Below, one piece after another: positions 33,310 through 42,135 of a stretch of DNA of 64,000 nt; positions within the stretch are counted from its first letter, which is position 1; each line of letters starts with the position of its first letter. This DNA is from Elusimicrobia bacterium HGW-Elusimicrobia-3 (GTDB lineage: Bacteria; Elusimicrobiota; Elusimicrobia; Elusimicrobiales; UBA9959). Made by a program: the position numbers and the translations under genes. The stretch is taken from positions 3,303 through 67,302 of the forward strand of contig PHAL01000006.1 of assembly GCA_002840355.1 (NCBI GenBank), in the 5' to 3' direction. Below the pieces are notes generated by a model that saw only the letters and a program-made list of their open reading frames with translations, searched no databases and was not told where the DNA came from.

Positions 33310-33564
33310 TTAATCCCAGCCCATAGAATCCATTTCGGCGTCGGCCGCCGGAGCGGATTCTCCTTCTTTCACGACGGGCGGGGGAGGAACGGCGGAGAGC
33401 GCAACGGCGGGAGCGGCAGCGGGCAAAGCGGAGGCCGGCACGGCCCAGTTGCGGCCTATGCGCAGAGCCGACAACTGGCCCTTTCTAACCCGCTTGAATA
33501 CCGCGATGCGGCTTATGCCGAGCAAAGCGGCAACTTCGGGTAATGAATAAAATTCCCGGGCCAT
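33310..33564 (-). CDS. helix-turn-helix DNA-binding protein (excisionase/MerR-like HTH_17 type)
   Basis: YSLPEVAALLGISRIAVFKRVRKGQLSALRIGRNWAV is the typical excisionase-family HTH. The tail is Ala/Pro-rich. Confidence 0.6.
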   Translation of the reverse strand: MAREFYSLPEVAALLGISRIAVFKRVRKGQLSALRIGRNWAVPASALPAAAPAVALSAVPPPPVVKEGESAPAADAEMDSMGWD

Positions 33565-33774
33565 GCAAAATATTAACTTATGTTAACCTTTTTTACAAGC
33601 AGGCGAGATATCCCGAGCGGCAACGAGGATATTTTGACACAACCTTGGACAATAGTTAACCTGTGTTACCCTGCACCAGGACCAGCGCCGCCGGCCGGCA
33701 GCAGACAGGCGGCCCACTGCGCGCAGGCCCGCGACTGAAGCCCGGCTGAAAAATTTATATACTATTAATACCTT

Positions 33775-34767
33775 ATGCGCATACTGATACTCGGCGGCAC
33801 CAGCTTCTTCGGCAAAGAAGCCGCCATACGCCTGCACAAAGCCGGCAACGAGGTCACCGTTTTCTCCAGGCGCGCCCCCGTGGACGGCCTGCCGCTGGAC
33901 ATACGCCAGTCCCGCGGGGAACGCACGGCCGAAATAGACCTGTCGCGCATGTCCGTGGAGCCCTGGGACGTCATCATAGACAATATCTGCTACTCGGCGG
34001 AGGACGCCGAGAAGGCGGTGCGCGTTTTCAACGGCAGGACCGGTCTGTATATCTTCACCTCCTCCGCCTCGGTCTACCCGCTGCTGGAAGGCGCGGCTTC
34101 GCCCTTCCGCGAGAACCAGACGGAGCTGCTGAAGCTCAAAGACCCGCTCAAGGAAAAATACGCCTACGGCCTGGGCAAATATGCGGCGGAGCGGGTTTTC
34201 CTCCAGGCCTTCGCGGAAAAAAGGTTTCCGGCCGCGATAGTGCGCCCTCCGGTGGTGATCGGCCCCAACGACCCCTCGCTGCGCGCCTACTCGTACTGGC
34301 TGCGCCTGGCCGACGGCGGCCCGCTGTTCCTGCCGGGCGCCTCCTACCGCAACCGCTACATCTTCTCCGGGGACATGGCGCGGGCCATGGAAACACTGGC
34401 CTACGCGGCCGAGCCCCACGGCAAGACCTACAATTTCGGCGACTCGCAGGCGCTGACGCTGGAGGACTTCGTCAAGGTGTCCGCCCGCATCCTGCACCGC
34501 GATGCCGAGATCCTCTACCCCGAGTACGCCTGGCTCAAGGAGAACGGCTTCAACTTCGAGGCCACCCCGTTCACGATGGGGGGGGATTTCGTGCTGGACA
34601 TCTCCAAGGCGGAGAAAGAACTGGACTGGGCCTCCACCCCGGCTGCCGGCTGGCTGGAGACCTGCATAAACTGGTACCTCTTCAGCTACACCGGGCCGGC
34701 CCCGAAGAATTACGCCTCGCGCAAGCAGGAGCTTGAGCTGGCAGTCAAATGGAAATTACGCACATGA
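33775..34767 (+). CDS. NAD-dependent epimerase/dehydratase family protein
   Basis: MRILILGGTSFFGKE Rossmann motif. SDR-extended catalytic YxxxK context (YAYGLGKYAAE). Confidence 0.8.
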   Translation: MRILILGGTSFFGKEAAIRLHKAGNEVTVFSRRAPVDGLPLDIRQSRGERTAEIDLSRMSVEPWDVIIDNICYSAEDAEKAVRVFNGRTGLYIFTSSASVYPLLEGAASPFRENQTELLKLKDPLKEKYAYGLGKYAAERVFLQAFAEKRFPAAIVRPPVVIGPNDPSLRAYSYWLRLADGGPLFLPGASYRNRYIFSGDMARAMETLAYAAEPHGKTYNFGDSQALTLEDFVKVSARILHRDAEILYPEYAWLKENGFNFEATPFTMGGDFVLDISKAEKELDWASTPAAGWLETCINWYLFSYTGPAPKNYASRKQELELAVKWKLRT

Positions 34768-35372
34768 CAAAAAACTCCGCCGAGCGCGCGAAAAAGATAA
34801 AGATATTCCTGATGGACGTGGACGGCGTCCTGACCGACGGCAAGATGTACTACCTGCCCGGGCGGGACAGCGGCATGGTGGAGTTCAAGGCCTTTCACGC
34901 CCTCGACGGCATAGGCCTGCGCCTGCTCAACCAGTTCGGCATCATCACCGGCGTCATCACCGGGCGCGAGTCCCCCGGCACCGAAGAGCGCGCCAGGGAT
35001 CTCGGGATGAGCTACGCCTACCAGGGCTTCCTCTCCAAAGTGGACCCGCTCGAGCGCATACTGGCCGAGACCGGCCTGGCGCCGGAGAACGTGGCCTACA
35101 TGGGCGACGACTGGACCGATATCCCCGTGCTCAAGCGCGCCGGCCTGGCCTGCGCCCCGGCCAACGCCCTCGACGAGGTAAAGGCCGCCGCCCAGCTGGT
35201 GACCCGCAAAGAGGGCGGCATGGGCGCCGTGCGCGAGGCCTGCGACCTGATACTCAAGAGCCAGGGCCACTGGGATACCGTGATGGGCTACGTGGAGACG
35301 GCCCACTGGCCCGCGATAAAGAAAGACCCCATGCGGATAGTCCGGCAGTCCGAGCTCGGGAGGAAAGAATGA
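34764..35372 (+). CDS. kdsC: 3-deoxy-D-manno-octulosonate 8-phosphate phosphatase (HAD-IIIA, KdsC family)
   Basis: IKIFLMDVDGVLTDGKMYY, ITGRES, and MGDDWTDIPVLKRAGLACAPANA. Start chosen at 34764 (ATGA overlap with the epimerase stop). Confidence 0.8.
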   Translation: MTKNSAERAKKIKIFLMDVDGVLTDGKMYYLPGRDSGMVEFKAFHALDGIGLRLLNQFGIITGVITGRESPGTEERARDLGMSYAYQGFLSKVDPLERILAETGLAPENVAYMGDDWTDIPVLKRAGLACAPANALDEVKAAAQLVTRKEGGMGAVREACDLILKSQGHWDTVMGYVETAHWPAIKKDPMRIVRQSELGRKE

Positions 35373-35821
35373 AAGCAGCCGCTTACGCCCTCCTGATCGC
35401 CTGCCTGGCCTGTTCCGCCGCGGCCGCCTTCGAGGAAGAGGGCCTTTCCGAAACGCTGGTTTCCACCGACACCGCCCGCGGCGGCGAAGAGGAGGAGGAG
35501 CAGGCGCTGATACAGGAGAGCGACGAGGACCTCGCCGCTTTCGTGGCCGACTATATACGCAAGGACGTGCGGCTGAAGGGGGCCTTCCTGATAGAGAACA
35601 AGGCCACCGGCAAAGTGCTGCGGCTGGAGCTGCTCTCGGTGGACCGCAAGGCCGCCGGCGGCGATAACGGCTCGCGCGCGGTACGCGCAACCTTTAAGGA
35701 CGCTGCCGGCAATAAATATTCCGCCCTGTTCTGGGTGCAGCTCGGCCCCTGGGGCGGGCTGGACATACACAGGATAGAGCTCGGGCCGCAGGGCGGCAAG
35801 CCGGCCGGGGGAAAGAAATAA
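35369..35821 (+). CDS. hypothetical exported protein
   Basis: Real gene hidden in the 3' part of ORF-track entry 34733..35821. Starts at ATG 35369 (ATGA overlap with the kdsC stop) and has signal peptide MKAAAYALLIACLACSAAAA. Confidence 0.5.
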   Translation: MKAAAYALLIACLACSAAAAFEEEGLSETLVSTDTARGGEEEEEQALIQESDEDLAAFVADYIRKDVRLKGAFLIENKATGKVLRLELLSVDRKAAGGDNGSRAVRATFKDAAGNKYSALFWVQLGPWGGLDIHRIELGPQGGKPAGGKK

Positions 35822-36504
35822 TGGGAGAATTCCTGGCCGCTTTCGGCGCGGGCGTGGCGTCGTTCTTCTCGCCGTGCATACTGCCGCTGCTGCCCGCCTA
35901 CTTGTCCATGCTGTCGGGCTTCTCCGCCAGCGAGATCATGAAGGGCGACGCAAAAGTGGCCACGCGCAAGGTGGTGCTGAGCGCCGCCATTTTCATCGCA
36001 GGGTTCACGCTGGCCTTCGCGCTGATGGGAGCCGCCGCCTCCAGCCTGGGCGGGCTGCTGGCCGACTACAAGTATGAACTGATGAAGGTGTTCGGCGTGG
36101 CTATGGTGCTGCTGGGCGTGCACATGACCGGCCTGGTGAACCTGAACTTCCTGAATTACGAGCGTCGCTTCTCCACCCGCGGTCTGGCGCGTGGCCCCCT
36201 GAGCTCCTTCCTGATGGGCTTCGCCTTCGCGCTGGGCTGGTCCCCCTGCATCGGCCCCCTGCTGGCGATGATGCTGGGCATGGCGGCGGTCTCCGGCACG
36301 GCGCTCAAAGGCACCGCGCTGCTGGTGGTCTACGCGGCCGGCCTGGGCCTGCCGCTGCTGGTGGCCGCGGCGCTGACCGTCCGCTTCTTCGCCCTCGTCG
36401 GGCGCTTCAAGGGCGCGATGCGCTACGTGGAGATAGGCGCGGGCGTCGTGCTGGCGGCCGCGGGCGTGCTGCTGTTCTTCGACAGGCTTATTTTCTGGAG
36501 CTAG
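35821..36504 (+). CDS. ccdA: cytochrome c biogenesis / thiol-disulfide electron transfer protein CcdA (DsbD-like TM domain)
   Basis: SFFSPCILPLLPAYL and GWSPCIGPLL motifs. Six TM helices. Confidence 0.85.
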   Translation: MGEFLAAFGAGVASFFSPCILPLLPAYLSMLSGFSASEIMKGDAKVATRKVVLSAAIFIAGFTLAFALMGAAASSLGGLLADYKYELMKVFGVAMVLLGVHMTGLVNLNFLNYERRFSTRGLARGPLSSFLMGFAFALGWSPCIGPLLAMMLGMAAVSGTALKGTALLVVYAAGLGLPLLVAAALTVRFFALVGRFKGAMRYVEIGAGVVLAAAGVLLFFDRLIFWS

Positions 36505-36528
36505 GCCCCCAGGAGGGCAGGCTGTTTA

Positions 36529-36556
36529 CCGGCGCCGGGAGGCGCCGGTTTTATTT
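36529..36556 (+). terminator. intrinsic terminator after ccdA
   Basis: CCGGCGCC-ggga-GGCGCCGG followed by TTTTATTT. Confidence 0.55.
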
Positions 36557-37131
36557 CAGGCGAATTTCCGCGAGCCGGGCTTTACCAGCGGCAGGCCGGC
36601 GGCGCACAGCGGGCATTTTTCCGGCGGGTGCGCGGTCAGCGACAGCCGCAGGAGGCTCAGCGCGGGAAAAGGCAGCGTGCGATCGCCCATGCGGTTGATC
36701 ACGGACATCGCGCCGATGGTCTCGGCGCCGGCGGCGGCGGTCACGGCGGCCGTCTCCAGCGTGGATTTGCCCGTAGTGAACACGTCCTCGACGATGATGA
36801 GTTTGGCGCCCTTCTCCAGCGAGAAGCCGCGGCGCAGCGTCATCATATTATTCTCGCGCTCGGTAAAGATGAAGTCCACGCCGAAAGCGCGGGCCACCTC
36901 GTGGCCTATGATCAGGCCGCCCATGGCGGGCGAGAGCACCAGGTCCGGCTTGGGGCCGTGCCAGCCCTCCGCCAGGGCGGCGCCCATCCTGCCGGCCCAG
37001 AAGGGGTTCTTGAGCGCCTGCGCGCACTGCACGTAATTCGGGCTGTGCAGCCCCGAAGAAAGCTGGAAATGGCCCTCCAGGAAAGCGCCGGAAGAGGCCA
37101 GGTAATCCCTGAGTTCGGCTTCCTCTATCAT
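36556..37131 (-). CDS. pyrE: orotate phosphoribosyltransferase
   Basis: PRPP-binding motif LIIVEDVFTTGKS. FLEGHFQLSSGLHS N-terminal region. Confidence 0.9.
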   Translation of the reverse strand: MIEEAELRDYLASSGAFLEGHFQLSSGLHSPNYVQCAQALKNPFWAGRMGAALAEGWHGPKPDLVLSPAMGGLIIGHEVARAFGVDFIFTERENNMMTLRRGFSLEKGAKLIIVEDVFTTGKSTLETAAVTAAAGAETIGAMSVINRMGDRTLPFPALSLLRLSLTAHPPEKCPLCAAGLPLVKPGSRKFA

Positions 37132-37805
37132 TTAAGCTCCTTCGCTATGGCGGCGGCCGCGGCGGCCGGGTCCGGAGCGGCTATTATCGGCCGCCCCACC
37201 ACGATGAAATCCGCACCGGCGGCCCTGGCCTCGGCGGGCGTCACCGCGCGCTTCTGGTCGTCGCCCAAAGCGGCCGGCCTGATGCCCGGAGTAACCAGTT
37301 TAAGTTTCCCGTCGTGCAGTTTTTTAAGGTCGGCGGCCTCGAGCGGGGAGCAGACCACGCCGTCGGCGCCGTTGGCCAGCCCCAGCGCGGTCAGGTTGCG
37401 CACGGTCTTGGCTATGCCGCAGCGGAAACCCGCGCGGAACAGGTTGTATTCGTCGAAGCTGGTCAGCACCGTGATGCCCCAGAGCTTGGGACGCTTCTCC
37501 AGCTCCGCGCAGGCCTTGAGCATTTCAACCCCGCCGGAGAGGTGCAGGGAGACGGAGTACACGCCCATCGCCGCGGCGTGCCGCACAGCGCCTTTCACAG
37601 TATTGGGGATGTCGTGGTACTTGAGATCGAGGAAGACCTTGCCGCCGCGCTTGTGCACCAAGTCCACCGCGGCAGGGCCGGCCGCCGTGAACAGCACGGA
37701 GCCGATCTTGAAATATTTAACGGTGCCCTCGAGCTTGTCGATCAGGGCGCCGGCCGCCTTCATGGTGTCGGCGTCCAGGGCGGCTATCAGTTCGGTTTTT
37801 TGCAT
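37128..37805 (-). CDS. pyrF: orotidine 5'-phosphate decarboxylase
   Basis: LIAALD...YFKIG..., VFLDLKYHDIPNTV, and ADFIVVGRPI. Confidence 0.9.
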   Translation of the reverse strand: MQKTELIAALDADTMKAAGALIDKLEGTVKYFKIGSVLFTAAGPAAVDLVHKRGGKVFLDLKYHDIPNTVKGAVRHAAAMGVYSVSLHLSGGVEMLKACAELEKRPKLWGITVLTSFDEYNLFRAGFRCGIAKTVRNLTALGLANGADGVVCSPLEAADLKKLHDGKLKLVTPGIRPAALGDDQKRAVTPAEARAAGADFIVVGRPIIAAPDPAAAAAAIAKELK

Positions 37806-37816
37806 AGTCGTAAAAC

Positions 37817-38860
37817 TCAGCGGGCGGAGGGGGACCAGCCGCGGCGATGCAGGTATTCGAGAATGTCTTTTACGATAAAAGGCCCCTCGTAGACCAGACC
37901 GGAGTAGACCTGCACCAGGTCCGCCCCCAGTTTCAGCTTCTCCAGCGCGGTCGGCCCGTCGAAAACGCCGCCCGAGCCGATGACGGGCACGCGGCCCTTC
38001 ACCAGCGCGGCCGTTTTGGCCAGCACGGCGTTGGAGAGCTCGCGCAGGGGGCGCCCGCTGAGGCCGCCCTCGTAGCCGCTCCAGTAGACCGGGACCGAGG
38101 AGCGGCTTACCGTGGTATTGGTGGCGATCAGGCCGAAGCCCTTCTCCACGGCCAGGGCGGCCGCGCCCTCCAGGCCGGCGTCGTCGAGGTCGGGGGCGAT
38201 CTTGACGAAGAAAGGCTTGGTCCGCTTCTGGCCGGCGGCGAAATCCAGCATGGGTTCCAGCAGGCGGCGCAGCTTGTCCCCGCCGTGCAGGCTGCGCAGC
38301 TGCAGCGTGTTGGGGGAGCTGATGTTCACCGCGAAATAGTCGCCGAACTCGTACATCACCTTCAGCGTCTCGAGGTAATTTTTGGGCGCGTCCTCCATGG
38401 AGCAGTCGGCGTTCTTGCCCACGCTGATGCCCACCGGCACCGGCAGCGGCAGCAGGCGCTCGAGCGACTTGGCGGCTTCCCAGGCCCCGGCGTTATTGAA
38501 ACCCATGCGGTTGATGATGGCCTTGTCGTCGCGCAGGCGGAACAGGCGCGGCTTGGGGTTGCCCGGCTGCGGCCGCAGCGTGACGGTGCCGAGTTCGAGG
38601 AAGCCGAAACCGAGGCCGGCCAGGAAACGGGCGGCCTCGCAGTTCTTGTCGAAGCCGGCGGCCAGGCCTACGGGGTTGCGGAATTTAATGCCGGCCACCG
38701 TGACGGGCAGGTCTTTGGCCCGGGCCATCAGGCGCACCACCGAGTTCAGCGCTTCCAGGCCCTGCGCCGCGCGGGCGGCGCGGATGACGGCATCGTGCAC
38801 CGTCTCCGGGTTGAAGTTGAAGAGCAGGCTGCGGATAAGTTTACGGTAGAGGAAGCCCAT
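37817..38860 (-). CDS. pyrD: dihydroorotate dehydrogenase (quinone), class 2
   Basis: N-terminal membrane-association extension. Catalytic-Ser motif VNISSPNT (class 2, not the Cys of class 1). GLIATNTT, GGV motifs. Confidence 0.9.
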   Translation of the reverse strand: MGFLYRKLIRSLLFNFNPETVHDAVIRAARAAQGLEALNSVVRLMARAKDLPVTVAGIKFRNPVGLAAGFDKNCEAARFLAGLGFGFLELGTVTLRPQPGNPKPRLFRLRDDKAIINRMGFNNAGAWEAAKSLERLLPLPVPVGISVGKNADCSMEDAPKNYLETLKVMYEFGDYFAVNISSPNTLQLRSLHGGDKLRRLLEPMLDFAAGQKRTKPFFVKIAPDLDDAGLEGAAALAVEKGFGLIATNTTVSRSSVPVYWSGYEGGLSGRPLRELSNAVLAKTAALVKGRVPVIGSGGVFDGPTALEKLKLGADLVQVYSGLVYEGPFIVKDILEYLHRRGWSPSAR

Positions 38861-38893
38861 AGTTGTCTGACAATTCTAGCAAAAGGCCCGCGG

Positions 38894-40168
38894 CTATTGG
38901 GCGCCGCGCGCGGCCACCAGGCCGCCGACCACGGTCAGCGCCGGCCAGCCGCGCAGTACGCGGCCGCAAAAGGGCGAATTCGACGACCTGGAGACAAAAC
39001 GCTCCGGTACGCGCCGGGCGCGGCGCGGGTCCAGCACGGTTATGTCCGCGTCATAGCCGGGCAGCAGGCGGCCCTTGCGCCGAAGCCCCAGCAGCCGCGC
39101 CGGGTTGAGGCTCGCCAGGGCCGCCAGGCGCTGCGGAGTAAGGCGCCGCTTGAGCACGAGCTCGGTGACGCAGAGCGGGGCCAGCGTCTCCAGGCCTATG
39201 ATGCCGAACGGCGCCCGGCGGAAGCCGCCGGCCTTCAGCCGCGCCTCGTGCGGGGCGTGGTCGCTGGCGATCAGGTCTATGGTGCCGTCGGCAAGGCCCG
39301 CCAGCACCGCCTCGCGGTCCGCCTGCGAGCGCAGAGGCGGTTTCATTTTATAGTCGGCGTCGTCGCGGCGTATGTCGGCGTCCGACAGCGCGAAGTAATG
39401 GGGGCAGGTCTCGCCGGTAACGGGCCAGCCCAGGCGCCTGGCCTCCCTGAGCGCCGCCACCGAAGCGGCCAGGCTCAAGTGCTGCAGGTGCACGGGCCCG
39501 GCGGCCGCCGCGGCCAGTATGTCGCGCAGTACCGCCAGGCTCTCGGCCTCGGGCGGTATGCCGGGCAGCCCCAGCCGGCGCGCGGCGCGCCCGGAGTTGA
39601 TAACGCCGCGGCCGGCGCGGGCGAAGTCCTCGGCGTGGTCGAGCAGCGGCAGGCCCAGCGCCGCGGCCCGGCGCAGCAGGCCGTCGAGCAGCCCCGCGGG
39701 CAGGCAGCCGCCGTCGTCGGTGAAGGCCAGCGCGCCGGCCCTCTTCAGGCCGGCCAGGTCCGCCGCGGCGCGCCCGGCGCGGCCTCGCGTAGCGGCGGCG
39801 GCAAAGAACAAATTGACGGGCAGCCCTTCGGCCCGGCGGCGCAGGCGGCGCAGCAGCGCCGGGCTGTCGATGGCCGGGCTGGTGTTGGGCATCAGCAGCG
39901 CCGAGGTGATGCCGCCGGCGGCGGCGGCCCCCGCGGCGCTGGCCAGGGTCTCCGCGGCTTCGGCGCCGGGCTCGCGCGCGTGCACGTGCGCGTCTATGAA
40001 GCCCGGGAAGACCCAGAGGCCGGAGGCGTCGAAAGTATCGCAGGCGGGGGGCGCGGAGAGCCGCGCGGCGCGGCGGGCTATGCGCCCGCGGGCCAGCAGC
40101 AGGTCGCCGCGGGACGGGCCCGCGACGGGATCAATCAGCAGTCCGTTCTTTATCAGCAGGCTTCGCAT
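38894..40168 (-). CDS. pyrC: dihydroorotase
   Basis: IKNGLLIDP..., metal-binding GFIDAHVHAREPG, and the later DHAPH motif (ASDHAPHEA). Confidence 0.85.
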   Translation of the reverse strand: MRSLLIKNGLLIDPVAGPSRGDLLLARGRIARRAARLSAPPACDTFDASGLWVFPGFIDAHVHAREPGAEAAETLASAAGAAAAGGITSALLMPNTSPAIDSPALLRRLRRRAEGLPVNLFFAAAATRGRAGRAAADLAGLKRAGALAFTDDGGCLPAGLLDGLLRRAAALGLPLLDHAEDFARAGRGVINSGRAARRLGLPGIPPEAESLAVLRDILAAAAAGPVHLQHLSLAASVAALREARRLGWPVTGETCPHYFALSDADIRRDDADYKMKPPLRSQADREAVLAGLADGTIDLIASDHAPHEARLKAGGFRRAPFGIIGLETLAPLCVTELVLKRRLTPQRLAALASLNPARLLGLRRKGRLLPGYDADITVLDPRRARRVPERFVSRSSNSPFCGRVLRGWPALTVVGGLVAARGAQ

Positions 40169-40817
40169 TATTCAGGGCCCCGGCTGGCGGCGCCGCCGGC
40201 GCGGCCTCTATCGTGATCAGCCTGGGGGCGAAAGCTTCGTCGCTCTCCCGGTAGGAAACCAGCTGCAGCCCGGTTATCATCAGCAGCACGGCCCAGGCCA
40301 GCCCGAGTGAGCGCTTGGGGAGGAACAGGGCCGCGGTCTTGGCCGCCACGGCGAGCAGCAGCGTGGCCCCGATGGCGGAATGCCAGACCAGCACCTCGCG
40401 CCAGGCCGCCGGGTTTACGCGCCAGGCCATGACGAAATACAGCGCGGCCGCGAAGGCCAGCAGCGCCAGGAAGATGACCTGCCAACCGGAACCGCGGCGC
40501 TCCAGGGCCTCGTGCGTGAGCAGGCTGAAGCCGGCGGCGGCGTAGACGAAAGCGAAAGCTATGAAGAGGTAGAAGCCGCGCCGCAGGGTCAGGGCTTCGC
40601 CCAGCCGCTCGAAGCTCCACCCGCCGGGCAGGCCCAGCACGGCTAGGAACACGACGGCCCCGGACACGGCCAGAGCCGCGGCCGCCGCAATGGTCAGGCG
40701 CCGGCTTTTATTGTCCAGCGCCCAGGCCTCGGCCGCGCCCAGCAACAGCAGCGCCGCGCCTTGCGCGGTGTGCGCCAGGTTGGAAGCCCTCGTGAAATCG
40801 GCAAAATCCAGCGTCAT
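40131..40817 (-). CDS. hypothetical polytopic membrane protein
   Basis: ~6 hydrophobic helices. Start chosen at MTLDFADF (ATGA overlap with the upstream gene stop at 40814). The 3' end overlaps the pyrC start by 38 nt. Confidence 0.5.
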   Translation of the reverse strand: MTLDFADFTRASNLAHTAQGAALLLLGAAEAWALDNKSRRLTIAAAAALAVSGAVVFLAVLGLPGGWSFERLGEALTLRRGFYLFIAFAFVYAAAGFSLLTHEALERRGSGWQVIFLALLAFAAALYFVMAWRVNPAAWREVLVWHSAIGATLLLAVAAKTAALFLPKRSLGLAWAVLLMITGLQLVSYRESDEAFAPRLITIEAAPAAPPAGALNNAKPADKERTAD

Positions 40818-41185
40818 TTGCGCCTTCCCCTTTTGCGGCCGGCGCCCAGGTATAAATACAGTCCGGCCAGGACGCCGCCTACGAAGAGCAGCCACAGCGG
40901 GCTGCCCAGTTGTTCACTAACAGGCCTAGCCTCCGGCGCTACGGGCGCTTGCGCAGGTTCAGCTTCTGGCGCGGCCGGCACGGCGGCCGGGGCGGCCTGC
41001 CGCAAAGCGGCTTTCTTTCCGCCCGAGCCGGGGGAGGCGGGCGGCAGCGGCTCCCTGAGGGAAGCCGCTGCAAAAGGGGAGGTGACTTTGCTGCCGGCGC
41101 AGGCGTCGAGGCTTTTGGAGCAGTCTTCAGCGGCGCGCGCGGCGGGGCAGAGAGCCAGCATTAAGGGGAGGAGATATTTGATCAT
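40814..41185 (-). CDS. hypothetical exported protein with C-terminal TM anchor
   Basis: Signal peptide MIKYLLPLMLALCPAARA, Ala/Pro-rich linker, and C-terminal TM plus basic tail (LWLLFVGGVLAGLYLYLGAGRKRGRRK). Confidence 0.45.
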   Translation of the reverse strand: MIKYLLPLMLALCPAARAAEDCSKSLDACAGSKVTSPFAAASLREPLPPASPGSGGKKAALRQAAPAAVPAAPEAEPAQAPVAPEARPVSEQLGSPLWLLFVGGVLAGLYLYLGAGRKRGRRK

Positions 41186-41736
41186 GGCTTATTGTAGGAA
41201 CCGAACGCCTCTTTGGGCTTGCGCGGCCGGGGGGCCGGGCTTTCCGCCGGGTAGCCCAGCGAGATCAGCACTTCCACCTTGCGGCCGGAGCCGAGGCCGA
41301 GGGCCTTGGCCGCGCCCTTGGCGCTGAACCAGCCTATCCAGCAGGTGCCCAGCCCCTGCTCGGCCGCGGCCAGCACGAAATGCTCCGCGGCTATGCCGAT
41401 GTCCACCAGGCGGAAATTAGTGTCCTGCACCTGGTTGCCCAGCCAGGCGCTGAGCTTGCCGGTGTCGGCGACCACGGCCACCATTACGGGGGCGGCGGCG
41501 GCGAAGCGGGTGGCGGAATAAACGCCGGTGAAAGCCGCGGCGCAGAACTTCTCGCGCAGCGCCGGCTCGTCGATGATGATGAATTTGCAAGGCTGGGCAT
41601 TGCAGGCCGAAGGAGCCAGGCGGGCGGCCTCCAGGCAGAGGTCCAGCTTCTCCCGCTCTACGGGGTCGGCCTTGTATTTGCGCACGCTGCGGCGGGCGGC
41701 CGCGAGTTCCAGGAAACGCGATTCGGGCATAGCCAT
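41182..41736 (-). CDS. nitroreductase family protein
   Basis: RRSVRKYK motif near the N-terminus. PSACNAQP, and a typical ~180 aa FMN nitroreductase fold sequence. Confidence 0.8.
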   Translation of the reverse strand: MAMPESRFLELAAARRSVRKYKADPVEREKLDLCLEAARLAPSACNAQPCKFIIIDEPALREKFCAAAFTGVYSATRFAAAAPVMVAVVADTGKLSAWLGNQVQDTNFRLVDIGIAAEHFVLAAAEQGLGTCWIGWFSAKGAAKALGLGSGRKVEVLISLGYPAESPAPRPRKPKEAFGSYNKP

Positions 41737-41781
41737 ATTTTATAATATAGAAAGCGCCGGGGGGACTGCTACGGAGGCTTT

Positions 41782-42135
41782 ATGAAAAACTGGAAAGACG
41801 GCGTGAACTTCGCCATCACGGTCTGCGATTCGGAAGGGAAGATACTAGAGATGAACGCCAAGTCCGGCGCCACCTTCGCCAAAAGCGGGGGAAACAGCCT
41901 GGTAGGCGGCAATTTGCTGGACTGCCACCCGGAGCCCTCGAAAACGAAATTAAAGAAAATGCTGGCCGAGCCCTATACCAACGCCTACACGATAGAAAAG
42001 AACGGGATCAGGAAATTGATATACCAGACCCCGTGGCTGAAGGACGGCCGCCCGGCCGGCCTGGTGGAACTGTCGCTGGAGATACCCGCCGAGATGCCGC
42101 ACTTCGTGCGCAAACCCGCCCAGCCTAACGAGTAA
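41782..42135 (+). CDS. stand-alone PAS-like domain protein
   Basis: 117 aa. The ITVCDSEGKILEMNAKSGATFA...G.NLLDCHP pattern is consistent with a single PAS fold. There is no output domain. Confidence 0.45.
   Translation: MKNWKDGVNFAITVCDSEGKILEMNAKSGATFAKSGGNSLVGGNLLDCHPEPSKTKLKKMLAEPYTNAYTIEKNGIRKLIYQTPWLKDGRPAGLVELSLEIPAEMPHFVRKPAQPNE

Noticed and set aside
33310-33564. Excisionase-type HTH gene as a prophage or integrative-element boundary
   Set aside because: No integrase, recombinase, att-like repeats, tRNA target or phage genes are in the vicinity. The flanking genes are ordinary (SPFH, epimerase-kdsC).
33583-34497. 304-aa minus-strand ORF
   Set aside because: Antisense to the NAD-dependent epimerase gene (Rossmann GGTSFFG start, YxxxK). 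The shadow translation is Arg/Gly/Ala-rich.
37847-40216. 789-aa + strand ORF
   Set aside because: Antisense to pyrD and pyrC, which carry unmistakable catalytic motifs. The composition (R/G/A/Q-rich) has no domain signatures.
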